DNA from: Ruminiclostridium papyrosolvens C7
Lineage (GTDB): Bacteria; Bacillota; Clostridia; Acetivibrionales; DSM-1351
Direction of reading: 5' to 3'
DNA: 32,000 bases
Assembly (NCBI RefSeq): GCF_000421965.1
Contig: NZ_ATAY01000076.1
Span: 14,597 to 46,596 of the forward strand
The notes beneath the pieces are model-generated. The model was not told the DNA's origin, made no database searches, and worked only from the letters and a program-made list of their open reading frames with translations. A program made the position numbers and the translations under genes. The first letter of the stretch is position 1. Each line of letters opens with the position of its first letter. This document shows positions 7,853 through 16,982 of this stretch, piece after piece.

Positions 7853-9886
7853 ATGAACGATCAGAAAGGAAGTACTAATTCAATAGATGAATTTGACATA
7901 TCAAATTCAAGACCCAAGTTCCCTAAACGTGCTATCGTAACTGCTGGAATGCCATATGGAAATAAAGAACTTCACCTTGGACATATCGGTGGGGTTTTTG
8001 TACATGCCGACACCTATGCACGTTTTCTTAAAGACCGCATCGGAAAAGAAAATGTAATCTTTGTGTCGGGTACTGATTGCTATGGCTCTCCTATATTGGA
8101 ATATTATCGTAAATTGGCTGATAGCGGGTCTTTTGATGGTACTATAGATGAATTTGTTACGTATAATCATAAAAAACAAAAGGAAGTACTTGATTCATAT
8201 CAAATCGACATAAGTATTTTTGCAGCTTCGGCATTAGGACGTGCGGCGGAAATTCATCAAAAAGTTTCTTCTGATTTTATAAATAAGCTGTATTCAAACG
8301 GACATCTTAAAAAGATTACAACGTCCCAGTTCTATGATACAGAACTTGATGTTTTTCTTAATGGCCGTCAGGTTGTGGGACAATGCCCGATTGCCGGATG
8401 TTCATCAGAAAGAGGCTATGCAGATGAATGTTCACTGGGACATCAGTATATGCCCATAGATTTAATTAATCCTAAGAGTACTCTTTCAGGTAAAAAACCT
8501 GAAATGAGAGATGTAACCAATTGGTACTTTGAACTGGACGAATTCCATGATTTACTGACACAATGGGTAGGCCAGTTAGAGCAGGATAAGAGTTCCAGAA
8601 AATTTGTAATCAAAAGTATAGGAGAGTTTCTGGAACCACCTGCCATATATGTAAAGAGGGATCAGATGGAAGTAGTGGAGTCCATAAAAGATAAGCTCCC
8701 TGAATATGAATTGAGTGATGAAAAAAACAAGTCATCAGTACTTCTGGTTTTTAATAATCTTGCACATAGAGAAGCAGCGTGTCTAATACTTGCTGAAAAT
8801 GGTATCCGTTTCCGTACAGGGAAAACCCTTGTACCTTTCAGATTGACAGGTAATGTTTCATGGGGAGTTCCTTCGCCTGTATTAGAGGATATGAAGGACT
8901 TAACCATATGGGTTTGGCCAGAATCTCTTTGGGCTCCTATATCGTTTACAATGACATATCTGGAGCAACAGAAGGAAGACTCAAATGCATGGAAAGATTG
9001 GTGGTGCTCTAAAGAGGCGCAGGTATATCAGTTTATTGGTGAAGATAATATCTATTTCTACGGGCCTGTTGAAATGGCTATGTTTATGGGAAGTCAGGGC
9101 AAAGTGGTGTCGGCTAATCCGCCGGAAGGTGAGCTGCAGCTGCCCAAACTGATATGTAATAACCATGTATTATTTTTAAATAAAAAAGCCAGCAGCAGTA
9201 GTGAAATTAAGCCGCCAAAGGCTGATGAGCTACTTAATCACTATACATTTGAGCAATTAAGAGCTCATTTCCTCAGTCTTGGATTAGGAATAAAGAGTGT
9301 AGGTTTCCAGCCTAAACCGTTCAATCCTAATGCCACGGAAAAGGACAGCGACCCTGTACTTAAGGAAGGAAACCTACTGTCAAATGTATTTAACAGAGCA
9401 ATAAGGTCATGTTTCTATACCGCTCAAAAGTATTATGACGGGAAAGTGCCTGTTGCTGAAGTAAGCAGTGAGATTCTTGAGGAATCAAAAAAGACCATAA
9501 TTGAATATGAAAGATTGATGTACAAAACAGATTTTCATTTGGTTATGAGCCTCATGGACAGCTACATCAGAAATATCAATAAATACTGGTCAAAGTATAT
9601 TAAGCAGGCAGAGCAGGATAATGATGATGAACTCAGAACAAAGGTATTGGTTGATGCTTTGCATATGGTGAGAACCGCAACTGTTCTTATGCATCCTATC
9701 GCACCTAAAGGAACAGAGATGATACTTGAATATCTCAACCTTGGCGAAGAATTCTGGAATTGGGAACGTATATTTGATACCATTTATGATTTTATGCAGG
9801 ATCCCGAAAATCATAAACTCAAGTTTCTGGAACCAAGAGTTGATTTTTTTGAAAAGCATCCAAGCCAGATACAAGAGAAAAGTTAA
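7853..9886 (+). CDS. Class I aminoacyl-tRNA synthetase paralog, MetRS-like (E. coli-type N-terminus) with a degenerate KMSKS loop
   Basis: 677 aa. GMPYGNKELHLGHIGGVFVHADTYARFLK aligns to the MetRS HIGH region (H41-L-G-H44). A partial zinc knuckle is present (CPIAGC...EC-SLGH). At the KMSKS position the sequence reads K444-K-A-S-S-S-S450 (nt 9182-9202). There is no C-terminal EMAPII/Trbp111-like OB domain. Confidence 0.7.
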   Translation: MNDQKGSTNSIDEFDISNSRPKFPKRAIVTAGMPYGNKELHLGHIGGVFVHADTYARFLKDRIGKENVIFVSGTDCYGSPILEYYRKLADSGSFDGTIDEFVTYNHKKQKEVLDSYQIDISIFAASALGRAAEIHQKVSSDFINKLYSNGHLKKITTSQFYDTELDVFLNGRQVVGQCPIAGCSSERGYADECSLGHQYMPIDLINPKSTLSGKKPEMRDVTNWYFELDEFHDLLTQWVGQLEQDKSSRKFVIKSIGEFLEPPAIYVKRDQMEVVESIKDKLPEYELSDEKNKSSVLLVFNNLAHREAACLILAENGIRFRTGKTLVPFRLTGNVSWGVPSPVLEDMKDLTIWVWPESLWAPISFTMTYLEQQKEDSNAWKDWWCSKEAQVYQFIGEDNIYFYGPVEMAMFMGSQGKVVSANPPEGELQLPKLICNNHVLFLNKKASSSSEIKPPKADELLNHYTFEQLRAHFLSLGLGIKSVGFQPKPFNPNATEKDSDPVLKEGNLLSNVFNRAIRSCFYTAQKYYDGKVPVAEVSSEILEESKKTIIEYERLMYKTDFHLVMSLMDSYIRNINKYWSKYIKQAEQDNDDELRTKVLVDALHMVRTATVLMHPIAPKGTEMILEYLNLGEEFWNWERIFDTIYDFMQDPENHKLKFLEPRVDFFEKHPSQIQEKS

Positions 9887-9961
9887 CTTGAATGCATAAA
9901 ATTTTAGGTAACCTGTCAAAATAAAAATTGAAGTTATTTTAACTTTTGGAGGTAAAACCTA

Positions 9962-10072
9962 ATGTCAAAAAAACAACAGCCTGATCAAAGAAAGGCAAGA
10001 GTTAAGACAAGTGCCGGACAGGTTCCAAATCCCGGTCAGAAGACGAATACAGAAGTTACTACTCCAAAGTAA
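9962..10072 (+). CDS. Small basic hydrophilic protein, 36 aa (MSKKQQPDQRKARVKTSAGQVPNPGQKTNTEVTTPK). Its composition is like a minor small acid-soluble spore protein.
   Basis: It is not in the ORF track because it is too short. GGAGG at 9948-9952 lies 9 nt before the ATG. The ORF is followed immediately by a perfect 12-bp-stem terminator. Confidence 0.55.
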   Translation: MSKKQQPDQRKARVKTSAGQVPNPGQKTNTEVTTPK

Positions 10073-10087
10073 ATTTAAATTTTAAAA

Positions 10088-10122
10088 GGCAAAACCAGCT
10101 AACCGCTGGTTTTGCCTTTTTC
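10088..10122 (+). terminator. Rho-independent terminator
   Basis: GGCAAAACCAGC (10088-10099), loop TAACC, GCTGGTTTTGCC (10105-10116), then TTTTTC. Confidence 0.85.
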
Positions 10123-10223
10123 ATTTCCCACCATATTGCTGTAATATTTACCACAAACATTTTCATGTTTAAATCCATATTGAAACATAAAAAAGTTTAT
10201 TTTAAAGAATACTGTAAATAAGC

Positions 10224-10251
10224 TTGATAATAGTAATAATTATGATACAAT
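10224..10251 (+). promoter_or_regulatory. Candidate sigma-A promoter of the purine permease gene
   Basis: TTGATA (10224-10229), a 16-nt spacer, then TACAAT (10246-10251) preceded by TGa (extended -10). Confidence 0.45.
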
Positions 10252-10357
10252 ATTCCTGTATTTTTGACAATATTATTTAAAATTCGTCATAAAACTACTC
10301 TGTTTTTCAAAACATTGGAAATAGGTTTTTGGCGACATGATTTCAGGAGGGGAAATA

Positions 10358-11788
10358 ATGAGTTTTTTTGAAAGGCAATTCAAACTAAAGGAGAGTGGAA
10401 CTAACGTTGCAACTGAAGCAATGGCTGGATTCACTACCTTTTTTACAATGGCCTATGTCATTTTTGTAAACCCTACTATTTTAGGGCAGACAGGCATTCC
10501 TAAAGGTGGGGTTTATGTTGCAACAATACTTGCAGCAGTTGTAGGAACACTTATTATGGGATTATTCGCCAATGTTCCATATGCACAGGCTCCCGGTATG
10601 GGATTGAATGCATTTTTTACTTTTACGGTTGTATTCGGACTGGGATACACTTGGCAGCAAGCTATGGCAATGGTGTTTATCTGCGGTGTCATAAATATAA
10701 TTATTACGGTAACTCAGATAAGAAAGTTGATTATAAAGGCTATTCCTGAATCGCTTCAGTTAGCCATCGGCGGTGGTATTGGATTATTTATCGCTTATAT
10801 AGGTTTCAAAAGTGCAGGATTTTTAAAATTTACATCTGAAGGCAAGGCTTGGGACCCTCTGAAAATCTTAGGAACTGATCCCAAATCTGCTACTGTTGTA
10901 GCTGACGGAGCAAATGTAGTTCCGGCTTTTGTAAATTTTACAAATCCTGTTGCACAGGTTGCACTGATTGGCCTTGTAATAACAGCTGTTTTAATGATTC
11001 TTAAATTGAAAAGTGCCATACTTATAGGTATAATTTCATCTACATTAATCGGTATTCCGTTACATGTAACTGATATTTCCATGTCCTCGTCATACAATGT
11101 AGCTGACGTTGCTCAAACAGCATTTAAGATGGACTTTGCAGGTTTGTTCAGTGATCCGGGGAAATTGGCTCTTGTTTTGGTAACAATTCTTGCATTTAGT
11201 TTGTCGGATACCTTTGATACAATAGGAACTTTCATCGGCACAGGACGTAAGAGTGGTATATTTGACAATAAGGATGAAGCAGAGTTGTTTGCGGGAAAAG
11301 GCTTCAAGTCTAAAATGGACAAGGCGCTTTTTGCAGATGCTATTGCTACTTCCATTGGTGCGATATTCGGTACATCAAATACTACAACTTATGTTGAGAG
11401 TGCAGCCGGTATAGGCGCGGGAGGAAGAACCGGCCTTACATCAGTATTTACCGCCATACTTTTTGCTTTGTGTCTGCTGTTTGCACCTATCGCAGGAGTA
11501 ATTCCGGCAGCTGCTACAGCCCCTGCTTTGATAATAGTAGGTGTACTGATGATGGGAAGCTTTGCAAAAATTAAATGGGATGATTTTGATGAAGCATTAC
11601 CGGCATTCTTTACAGCCGCAATAATGCCGTTTGCATATAGTATATCGAGTGGTATTGCTTCCGGATTTATTATGTATGTGATTGTAAAGATATTCAAAGG
11701 AAAAGCAAAGTCCGTACACCCTGTCATGTACATTGTAACGGGACTCTTCTTATTAAACTATGTGATAACTGCATTGCTTAAACTTTAA
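10358..11788 (+). CDS. NCS2/AzgA-family adenine/guanine/hypoxanthine permease
   Basis: The ATG at 10358 (MSFFERQFKLKESGTNVATEAMAGFTTFFTMAYVIFVNP...) follows CAGGAGGGG. The N-terminal motif and the 12-14 TM profile are typical of PbuG/PbuO-type permeases. Confidence 0.85.
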   Translation: MSFFERQFKLKESGTNVATEAMAGFTTFFTMAYVIFVNPTILGQTGIPKGGVYVATILAAVVGTLIMGLFANVPYAQAPGMGLNAFFTFTVVFGLGYTWQQAMAMVFICGVINIIITVTQIRKLIIKAIPESLQLAIGGGIGLFIAYIGFKSAGFLKFTSEGKAWDPLKILGTDPKSATVVADGANVVPAFVNFTNPVAQVALIGLVITAVLMILKLKSAILIGIISSTLIGIPLHVTDISMSSSYNVADVAQTAFKMDFAGLFSDPGKLALVLVTILAFSLSDTFDTIGTFIGTGRKSGIFDNKDEAELFAGKGFKSKMDKALFADAIATSIGAIFGTSNTTTYVESAAGIGAGGRTGLTSVFTAILFALCLLFAPIAGVIPAAATAPALIIVGVLMMGSFAKIKWDDFDEALPAFFTAAIMPFAYSISSGIASGFIMYVIVKIFKGKAKSVHPVMYIVTGLFLLNYVITALLKL

Positions 11789-11814
11789 TAATATATATTC
11801 CCCCACTTTTACTT

Positions 11815-11863
11815 CCTTTGTATGAACGGTCAATAAGACTGTTCATACAAGGGTAGTTTTTTT
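11815..11863 (+). terminator. Rho-independent terminator after the permease gene
   Basis: TTGTATGAAC (11818-11827) pairs with GTTCATACAA (11841-11850) and is followed by GGGTAGTTTTTTT. Confidence 0.7.
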
Positions 11864-11928
11864 GTAAGCTGTATTGTAAAATAAAAAAAGCTTAATACAT
11901 ATATAGAAAATGGAAAGGAAACTTGTAT

Positions 11929-12888
11929 ATGCCGTTAATTGATATGCCATTGGCAGAATTGAAAAAGTATAATGGAATTAATCCATGCCCACCGGATTTT
12001 GATGAATACTGGGCTAAGGCAAAAGAAGAAATGGAATCCGTAAATCCAAAGGTTGAACTTGTTCCGTCCGACTTTCAGGTACCTTTTGCAGAATGCTTTG
12101 ACCTGTATTTTACAGGGGTAAGGGGAGCAAGGGTACATGCGAAATATTTACGTCCCAAAGGTGGGAATAAACCTCATCCTGCCATACTGCAATTCCATGG
12201 TTACACAGGTAACAGTGGTGACTGGAATGACAAACTGAATTTTGTTGCTATGGGGTACTCTGTTGCAGCACTTGATGTCCGTGGTCAGGGAGGCTGCTCA
12301 GAGGATTCGGGATGCGTAAAGGGTGACACTGTTCACGGGCATATAATGAGGGGACTGGATGATAAGCCTGAAAATATGTTTTACAGACACGTTTTTCTTG
12401 ATACGGCTCAATTGGCTAAAGTTATAATGTCAATGCCGGAGGTTGATGAGAACAGGGTAGGGGCTATGGGATTTTCTCAGGGAGGAGCTTTGACTCTTGC
12501 ATGTGCATCATTAGAACCTCGTATCAAGAAGCTCGCACCTGTTTATCCGTTCCTGTGCGACTACAAAAGGGTTTGGGAAATGGATCTGGCAAAGGACGCT
12601 TACAACGATATCAGAGATTACTTCAGATTCTTTGACCCGCTTCATGAGAGGGAAGACGAAGTGTTTGAGAAACTGGGATATATAGATTTACAATACCTTG
12701 TCAAACATATTGAGGGGGAGGTTCTTATGGGCGTGGGCCTGATGGATAATATATGTCCGCCTTCAACACAATTCTCCGCCTATAATAAAATAACTTCCAA
12801 AAAACAAATGCTGATTTATCCTGATTACGGACACGAAAATATTCCTACAGTTTTGGATAAAATCTATCAGTTTATGCTGGATCTTTAA
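11929..12888 (+). CDS. Carbohydrate esterase family 7 acetyl xylan esterase / cephalosporin-C deacetylase
   Basis: MPLIDMPLAELKKY is a CE7-type N-terminus. The CE7 signature motifs RGQ (DVRGQGG), GxSQG (GFSQGG) and HE (YGHE) are all present. Confidence 0.9.
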   Translation: MPLIDMPLAELKKYNGINPCPPDFDEYWAKAKEEMESVNPKVELVPSDFQVPFAECFDLYFTGVRGARVHAKYLRPKGGNKPHPAILQFHGYTGNSGDWNDKLNFVAMGYSVAALDVRGQGGCSEDSGCVKGDTVHGHIMRGLDDKPENMFYRHVFLDTAQLAKVIMSMPEVDENRVGAMGFSQGGALTLACASLEPRIKKLAPVYPFLCDYKRVWEMDLAKDAYNDIRDYFRFFDPLHEREDEVFEKLGYIDLQYLVKHIEGEVLMGVGLMDNICPPSTQFSAYNKITSKKQMLIYPDYGHENIPTVLDKIYQFMLDL

Positions 12889-12894
12889 AATAGA

Positions 12895-12935
12895 GGCACC
12901 CGGCCTGTGTGAGTGTGAAATATCCGCCGGGTGCC
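12895..12935. terminator. Bidirectional terminator hairpin between convergent genes
   Basis: GGCACCCGGC (12895-12904) pairs with GCCGGGTGCC (12926-12935). It sits between the stop at 12888 (+) and the stop at 12948 (-). Confidence 0.7.
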
Positions 12936-12947
12936 TTATCTATTATC

Positions 12948-14048
12948 TTATGCCATACTGAAAAAGTAATCGTCTATTTTAAGCCTTAAATCATGATTGA
13001 TTTTATCAACAATGTCATAATCAATTGCATCTATGTATATGTTTTCAAGGTCATCGTTAAAATCTTTAGCTTTGGAAAGATAGTGTATACCTTCGCAGAT
13101 TATTCCCTTGTAGCTGGAGGAGATATCCTTAAGCTGTGTTTTAAACTCTTCATCAGTACCGGGTTTAATAGCATAGGAGTATATATCAATAATTCTATCA
13201 GTATCCTTGGAAGGGAAATACTCATGAGGAGCTGTACTATCAAATACAGCTGCGGACAATTCTCTGATAATAACCATATCAAGGCTGTCAGGATCAAAGC
13301 CGCAGTGATAAATCTCTACATCAAATCCTCTGTCCTGAGCTGATTGGGCAATCTTTTTCAGCATCGTAGATTTTCCCGAGCCGGGCCTGCCTTTTATAAA
13401 ATACCTGTTTGACATATCAGAGGTAAGATCCATAACGAAATCTACAGACCCTTTAGGGGTGGCACCTCCGAAGAATCGGTTCTTAACACTGGCCTGTTTA
13501 TTTTGAAAGTTACTGCCGATTAAAGTATTGATAGTCTCTTGGGTAAGTTCATTCATTTTGTTAAAGTCAATATTTGAAATGTATATCTTTTCCCACTCAT
13601 CGTGAACTTTCAGGGCCTGTGAGAAGAGTTTATAGGCGCTTTCATAACACAAAGCAATTTGTTTATTAATTTTAAGAATCTCATTTTTCAGAGGAATTAG
13701 CTTTTTGCTGTCCCAAGCAGTACCAAGGTTTATGTACTCTTCAATTGCTCCCGGGGCTCTGGGTTCAACCACGTGAGGAAATGTTCCGTCTACAACGCCT
13801 ATTCCCAAGGAAGGGAGAATAATACCATCCACAGAGCTATTGTCACAAGGGGAATGAATGTACTCTACGTCAAAACCTCTGTTGTACCATTCCTTGCCGA
13901 GCCTTTTCATAAGGGTAGATTTCCCGGTAGCAGGACCTCCTTTAAGTATAAAAAGTCTGTCCAGATAGTTGATATTGTCGTCCAAGTAATTTACAAATCC
14001 CTTCGATGAGTTTGCGCAAGCATAATAGTTAATAATTTTTGCACACAA
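12948..14048 (-). CDS. Uncharacterised internally duplicated double-Walker-A P-loop NTPase
   Basis: The two halves are repeats: ...KGFVNYLDD..LFILKGGPATGKSTLMKRLGKEWYNRGFDVEYIHSPCDNSSVDGIILP...DGTFPH and ...KGSVDFVMD..YFIKGRPGSGKSTMLKKIAQSAQDRGFDVEIYHCGFDPDSLDMVIIR...DSTAPH. The likely start is the TTG at 14048, 6 nt after AAAGGTGGAG. The ORF-track GTG at 14060 lies inside that RBS. Confidence 0.75.
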   Translation of the reverse strand: MCAKIINYYACANSSKGFVNYLDDNINYLDRLFILKGGPATGKSTLMKRLGKEWYNRGFDVEYIHSPCDNSSVDGIILPSLGIGVVDGTFPHVVEPRAPGAIEEYINLGTAWDSKKLIPLKNEILKINKQIALCYESAYKLFSQALKVHDEWEKIYISNIDFNKMNELTQETINTLIGSNFQNKQASVKNRFFGGATPKGSVDFVMDLTSDMSNRYFIKGRPGSGKSTMLKKIAQSAQDRGFDVEIYHCGFDPDSLDMVIIRELSAAVFDSTAPHEYFPSKDTDRIIDIYSYAIKPGTDEEFKTQLKDISSSYKGIICEGIHYLSKAKDFNDDLENIYIDAIDYDIVDKINHDLRLKIDDYFFSMA

Positions 14049-14522
14049 AAAACACTCCACCTTTCAATAACTTGGGTATTATATTTCAGAATATGCGAAT
14101 ACTAGTAATATTGCTAAACCTGTTAACTAAAAATAACCACTTTAGCCAGGTGTGTCATGCAATATGTACAGTTAAAACACTTCGTTTTATAAACCAATTA
14201 ATTGCATTGTATGTAATTAAAAACATATACATATTAGCTGTATGCCTTGAATCAACTGGCGCAAAAACAAAAAAATATATAAATATACTTATGTATGAAT
14301 ATATATACATGAATTATTTAAATTTTAAAGTTGCATATTTTCTTTAAAAAATAAAAATGTGACAAAAACATGTGTTGAAATTTATACAACTGTATGTTAA
14401 GATTGTTAGTGAAAAAATTATCAAATAATTTGCTTGCCTGAAATACTGAATAGTACCGTGTTAATCACAAATACTACTCATTGATAGCAGTATATTTTTT
14501 ATAAATTGAAGGGAGAATTATA

Positions 14523-16316
14523 ATGACTACAAACAAGAAATTAGAAGCTTGGGTTAAAGAAATTGCCGACATGTGTCAACCAGACCAGATTTACTGGTGT
14601 GACGGTTCTCAGGAAGAAAACGATCGTCTTTTAAAAGAGATGGTAGATTCTGGATTGGCTAAACCTTTAAATCCTGAAAAACGTCCCGGATGCTACTCTT
14701 TCAATAGTGATCCTTCTGACGTTGCCCGTGTTGAGAACAGAACATATATCGCTTCAAAGTCAAAGGAAGAGGCTGGACCAACTAATAACTGGATTAATCC
14801 TGATGAATTGAAAGATACTATGAAGGAACTTTACAAAGGTTGCATGAAGGGAAGAACAATGTATGTAATTCCTTTCTCAATGGGACCTATAGGTTCACAA
14901 ATATCAAAAATCGGTGTTGAACTTACTGACAGCCCATACGTTGTTGTTAACATGAGAATTATGACTCGTATCGGAACAAAAGTATTGGAAACACTCGGTG
15001 ACGGAGAATTCGTACCATGCTTGCACTCAGTAGGAGCTCCTTTAGCTGAAGGCGAAAAAGATACAAAATGGCCTTGCGCTCCAATCGAAAAAAAATACAT
15101 CAGCCATTTCCCAGAAGAAAAGACTATCTGGTCTTTCGGTTCAGGATACGGCGGAAACGCTTTGCTTGGTAAAAAGTGTTTTGCTCTTCGTATAGCATCA
15201 GTTATTGCCCGTGAAGAAGGTTGGTTGGCTGAGCATATGCTTATCCTCAAACTTACTGATCCTAAGGGTAATGTTAAATATATCTGCGGTGCTTTCCCAA
15301 GTGCTTGCGGTAAGACCAACCTGGCTATGCTTGTTCCTACAATTCCAGGCTGGAAAGTTGAAACAATCGGTGATGATATAGCTTGGATGAAATTTGGAAA
15401 AGATGGAAGATTGTATGCTATCAATCCTGAAGCAGGCTTCTTCGGTGTTGCTCCCGGTACATCAATGGATTCAAATCCAAATGCTATGCACAGCATTGAA
15501 AAGAACACTATCTTCACTAACGTTGGTGTAACTGACGATGGAGATATTTGGTGGGAAGGTATGGGAGTAGATGCTCCTGCTCACTTAATTGATTGGCACG
15601 GAAAGGATTGGGCTCCAGGTTCAGAAACTCCTGCTGCTCATCCAAATGCTCGTTTTACAGCACCTGCAAATCAGTGTCCTGTTATTGCTTCTGAGTGGGA
15701 AGATCCTGCAGGAGTGCCAATTTCAGCTATATTGATAGGTGGACGTCGTCCAAGTACTATTCCATTGGTACACGAAAGCTTTAACTGGAACCATGGTGTA
15801 TTCCTAGGTTCAATAATGGGTTCAGAAATCACTGCAGCGGCTATCTCCGACAAAATCGGACAGGTTCGTCGTGACCCATTCGCAATGCTTCCATTCATCG
15901 GCTACAATGTAAATGACTATTTACAACATTGGTTGGATGTTGGTGCAGCTAGCACAGAAGATAAGCTTCCAAAGATATTCTATGTTAACTGGTTCCGTAA
16001 AGATGAGAACGGAAAATGGTTGTGGCCAGGATATGGCGAAAACAGCCGTGTTCTTAAGTGGATCTGTGAAAGAGTATCAGGCGAAGGTAAGGCTGTTAAG
16101 ACTGAAATCGGTTACATGCCTACAGAAGATGCTATCGATGTTGAAGGGCTGAAAGTTTCAGCTGAAGACATGAAAGAACTTCTCAAGGTTAAGAAGGACG
16201 AATGGCTCAAAGAAGTTGAGTCAATCAAAGCTCACTATGAGACTTATGATATAAACAAGGTTCCTGCTGAATTGAAGAAGCAGCTTGCTGATCTTGAAGC
16301 TAGATTGAAGGCTTAA
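14523..16316 (+). CDS. pck: Phosphoenolpyruvate carboxykinase (GTP-dependent)
   Basis: 597 aa with a GGGAG RBS. The GTP-PEPCK family pattern holds throughout, for example [21 protein letters not shown], the kinase-1a P-loop region [12 protein letters not shown], and GDDIAWM. Confidence 0.95.
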   Translation: MTTNKKLEAWVKEIADMCQPDQIYWCDGSQEENDRLLKEMVDSGLAKPLNPEKRPGCYSFNSDPSDVARVENRTYIASKSKEEAGPTNNWINPDELKDTMKELYKGCMKGRTMYVIPFSMGPIGSQISKIGVELTDSPYVVVNMRIMTRIGTKVLETLGDGEFVPCLHSVGAPLAEGEKDTKWPCAPIEKKYISHFPEEKTIWSFGSGYGGNALLGKKCFALRIASVIAREEGWLAEHMLILKLTDPKGNVKYICGAFPSACGKTNLAMLVPTIPGWKVETIGDDIAWMKFGKDGRLYAINPEAGFFGVAPGTSMDSNPNAMHSIEKNTIFTNVGVTDDGDIWWEGMGVDAPAHLIDWHGKDWAPGSETPAAHPNARFTAPANQCPVIASEWEDPAGVPISAILIGGRRPSTIPLVHESFNWNHGVFLGSIMGSEITAAAISDKIGQVRRDPFAMLPFIGYNVNDYLQHWLDVGAASTEDKLPKIFYVNWFRKDENGKWLWPGYGENSRVLKWICERVSGEGKAVKTEIGYMPTEDAIDVEGLKVSAEDMKELLKVKKDEWLKEVESIKAHYETYDINKVPAELKKQLADLEARLKA

Positions 16317-16345
16317 TTTATAAATTATTTATTTAATAAATAGAT

Positions 16346-16377
16346 AAAAACCCGGAGGCGCAGGCCACCGGGTTTTT
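16346..16377 (+). terminator. Rho-independent terminator after pck
   Basis: AAAAACCCGGAGG...CCACCGGGTTTTT: a GC-rich stem with an A-tract and a T-tract on either side. Confidence 0.8.
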
Positions 16378-16412
16378 ACTTATTAAAGGATAGAATTTAT
16401 TTTCTGTTCATA

Positions 16413-16441
16413 TTGACAATAAAATACTTCGAGAGTAGAAT
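16413..16441 (+). promoter_or_regulatory. Candidate sigma-A promoter of the marR-like gene
   Basis: TTGACA (16413-16418), a 17-nt spacer, then TAGAAT (16436-16441). The spacer contains ATACTTCG box 1 (16424-16431). Confidence 0.55.
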
Positions 16442-16446
16442 AATAA

Positions 16447-16469
16447 TATACTTCGCTGGAAGAAGTATA
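16447..16469. promoter_or_regulatory. Perfect 8+8 inverted repeat TATACTTC-N7-GAAGTATA, a candidate MarR operator over the predicted transcription start
   Basis: The repeat is read directly from the sequence. It lies between the -10 element and the RBS of the MarR gene. The same ATACTTCG octamer recurs at 16424-16431 and 17055-17062. Confidence 0.5.
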
Positions 16470-16481
16470 TAGGAGACTTTT

Positions 16482-16982
16482 ATGACAAGTAATAAGGAAT
16501 TGGGACTCGAGACAATAATTTTTCAATATATTGACGAACTGAAGTTTTTGTTTTTTCCCGATAAGTGGAGCAGCGTTTTTTTGGATTACTCGAAAAATGA
16601 GATACTTGCTCTGCTGCTTCTATATAGAAACAAAAAAGCTAACATGACTGAGATCGCTGAATATATAAGTGCACCACTCAATACTGCCACAGGTGTAGTA
16701 GGCAGGCTTGAAAAAAAGCTTATGGTAGAGAGACTGCGGGACAAGGAGGACAGAAGAGTTGTCAATATTGTTCTGACAAAAGTGGCAGAGGATTTTATAG
16801 AGCAGGAAAAAGGAACCATATCACACTATTTTGAAGAGGTAGTTAAAACGCTGTCTGATGATGAAAAAAAAGCAGCATTAAGTATTTTCAGAAAGGTAGC
16901 TTCTGTATTGAAGAACGATAAATCAACTTCCGACCATAATGATAAGGCCGAGAAGAGAGTAAAAAGGATTATAATTGAATAG
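16482..16982 (+). CDS. MarR-family winged-helix transcriptional regulator
   Basis: 166 aa. ...NMTEIAEYISAPLNTATGVVGRLEKKLMVERLRDKEDRRVVNIVLT is a MarR wHTH with the characteristic D-x-R wing. Confidence 0.85.
   Translation: MTSNKELGLETIIFQYIDELKFLFFPDKWSSVFLDYSKNEILALLLLYRNKKANMTEIAEYISAPLNTATGVVGRLEKKLMVERLRDKEDRRVVNIVLTKVAEDFIEQEKGTISHYFEEVVKTLSDDEKKAALSIFRKVASVLKNDKSTSDHNDKAEKRVKRIIIE

Noticed and set aside
10123-10357. A possible purine (guanine/adenine) riboswitch upstream of the NCS2 purine permease.
   Set aside because: - I could not find the conserved purine-riboswitch core (the UAUAAU junction, P2/P3 loops with the kissing-loop motifs, and CCGACUAUG-like closing) in the leader of about 100 nt.
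- An Rfam scan would be needed to exclude other classes, such as the NMT1/xanthine or guanine-II motifs.
14039-14347. A 102-aa ORF in the AT-rich region upstream of pck.
   Set aside because: - It begins inside the divergent P-loop gene's start region.
- The sequence is very AT-rich and low-complexity (N/I/L/Y-rich) and has no RBS.
- The region is better explained as a long divergent promoter/leader region.
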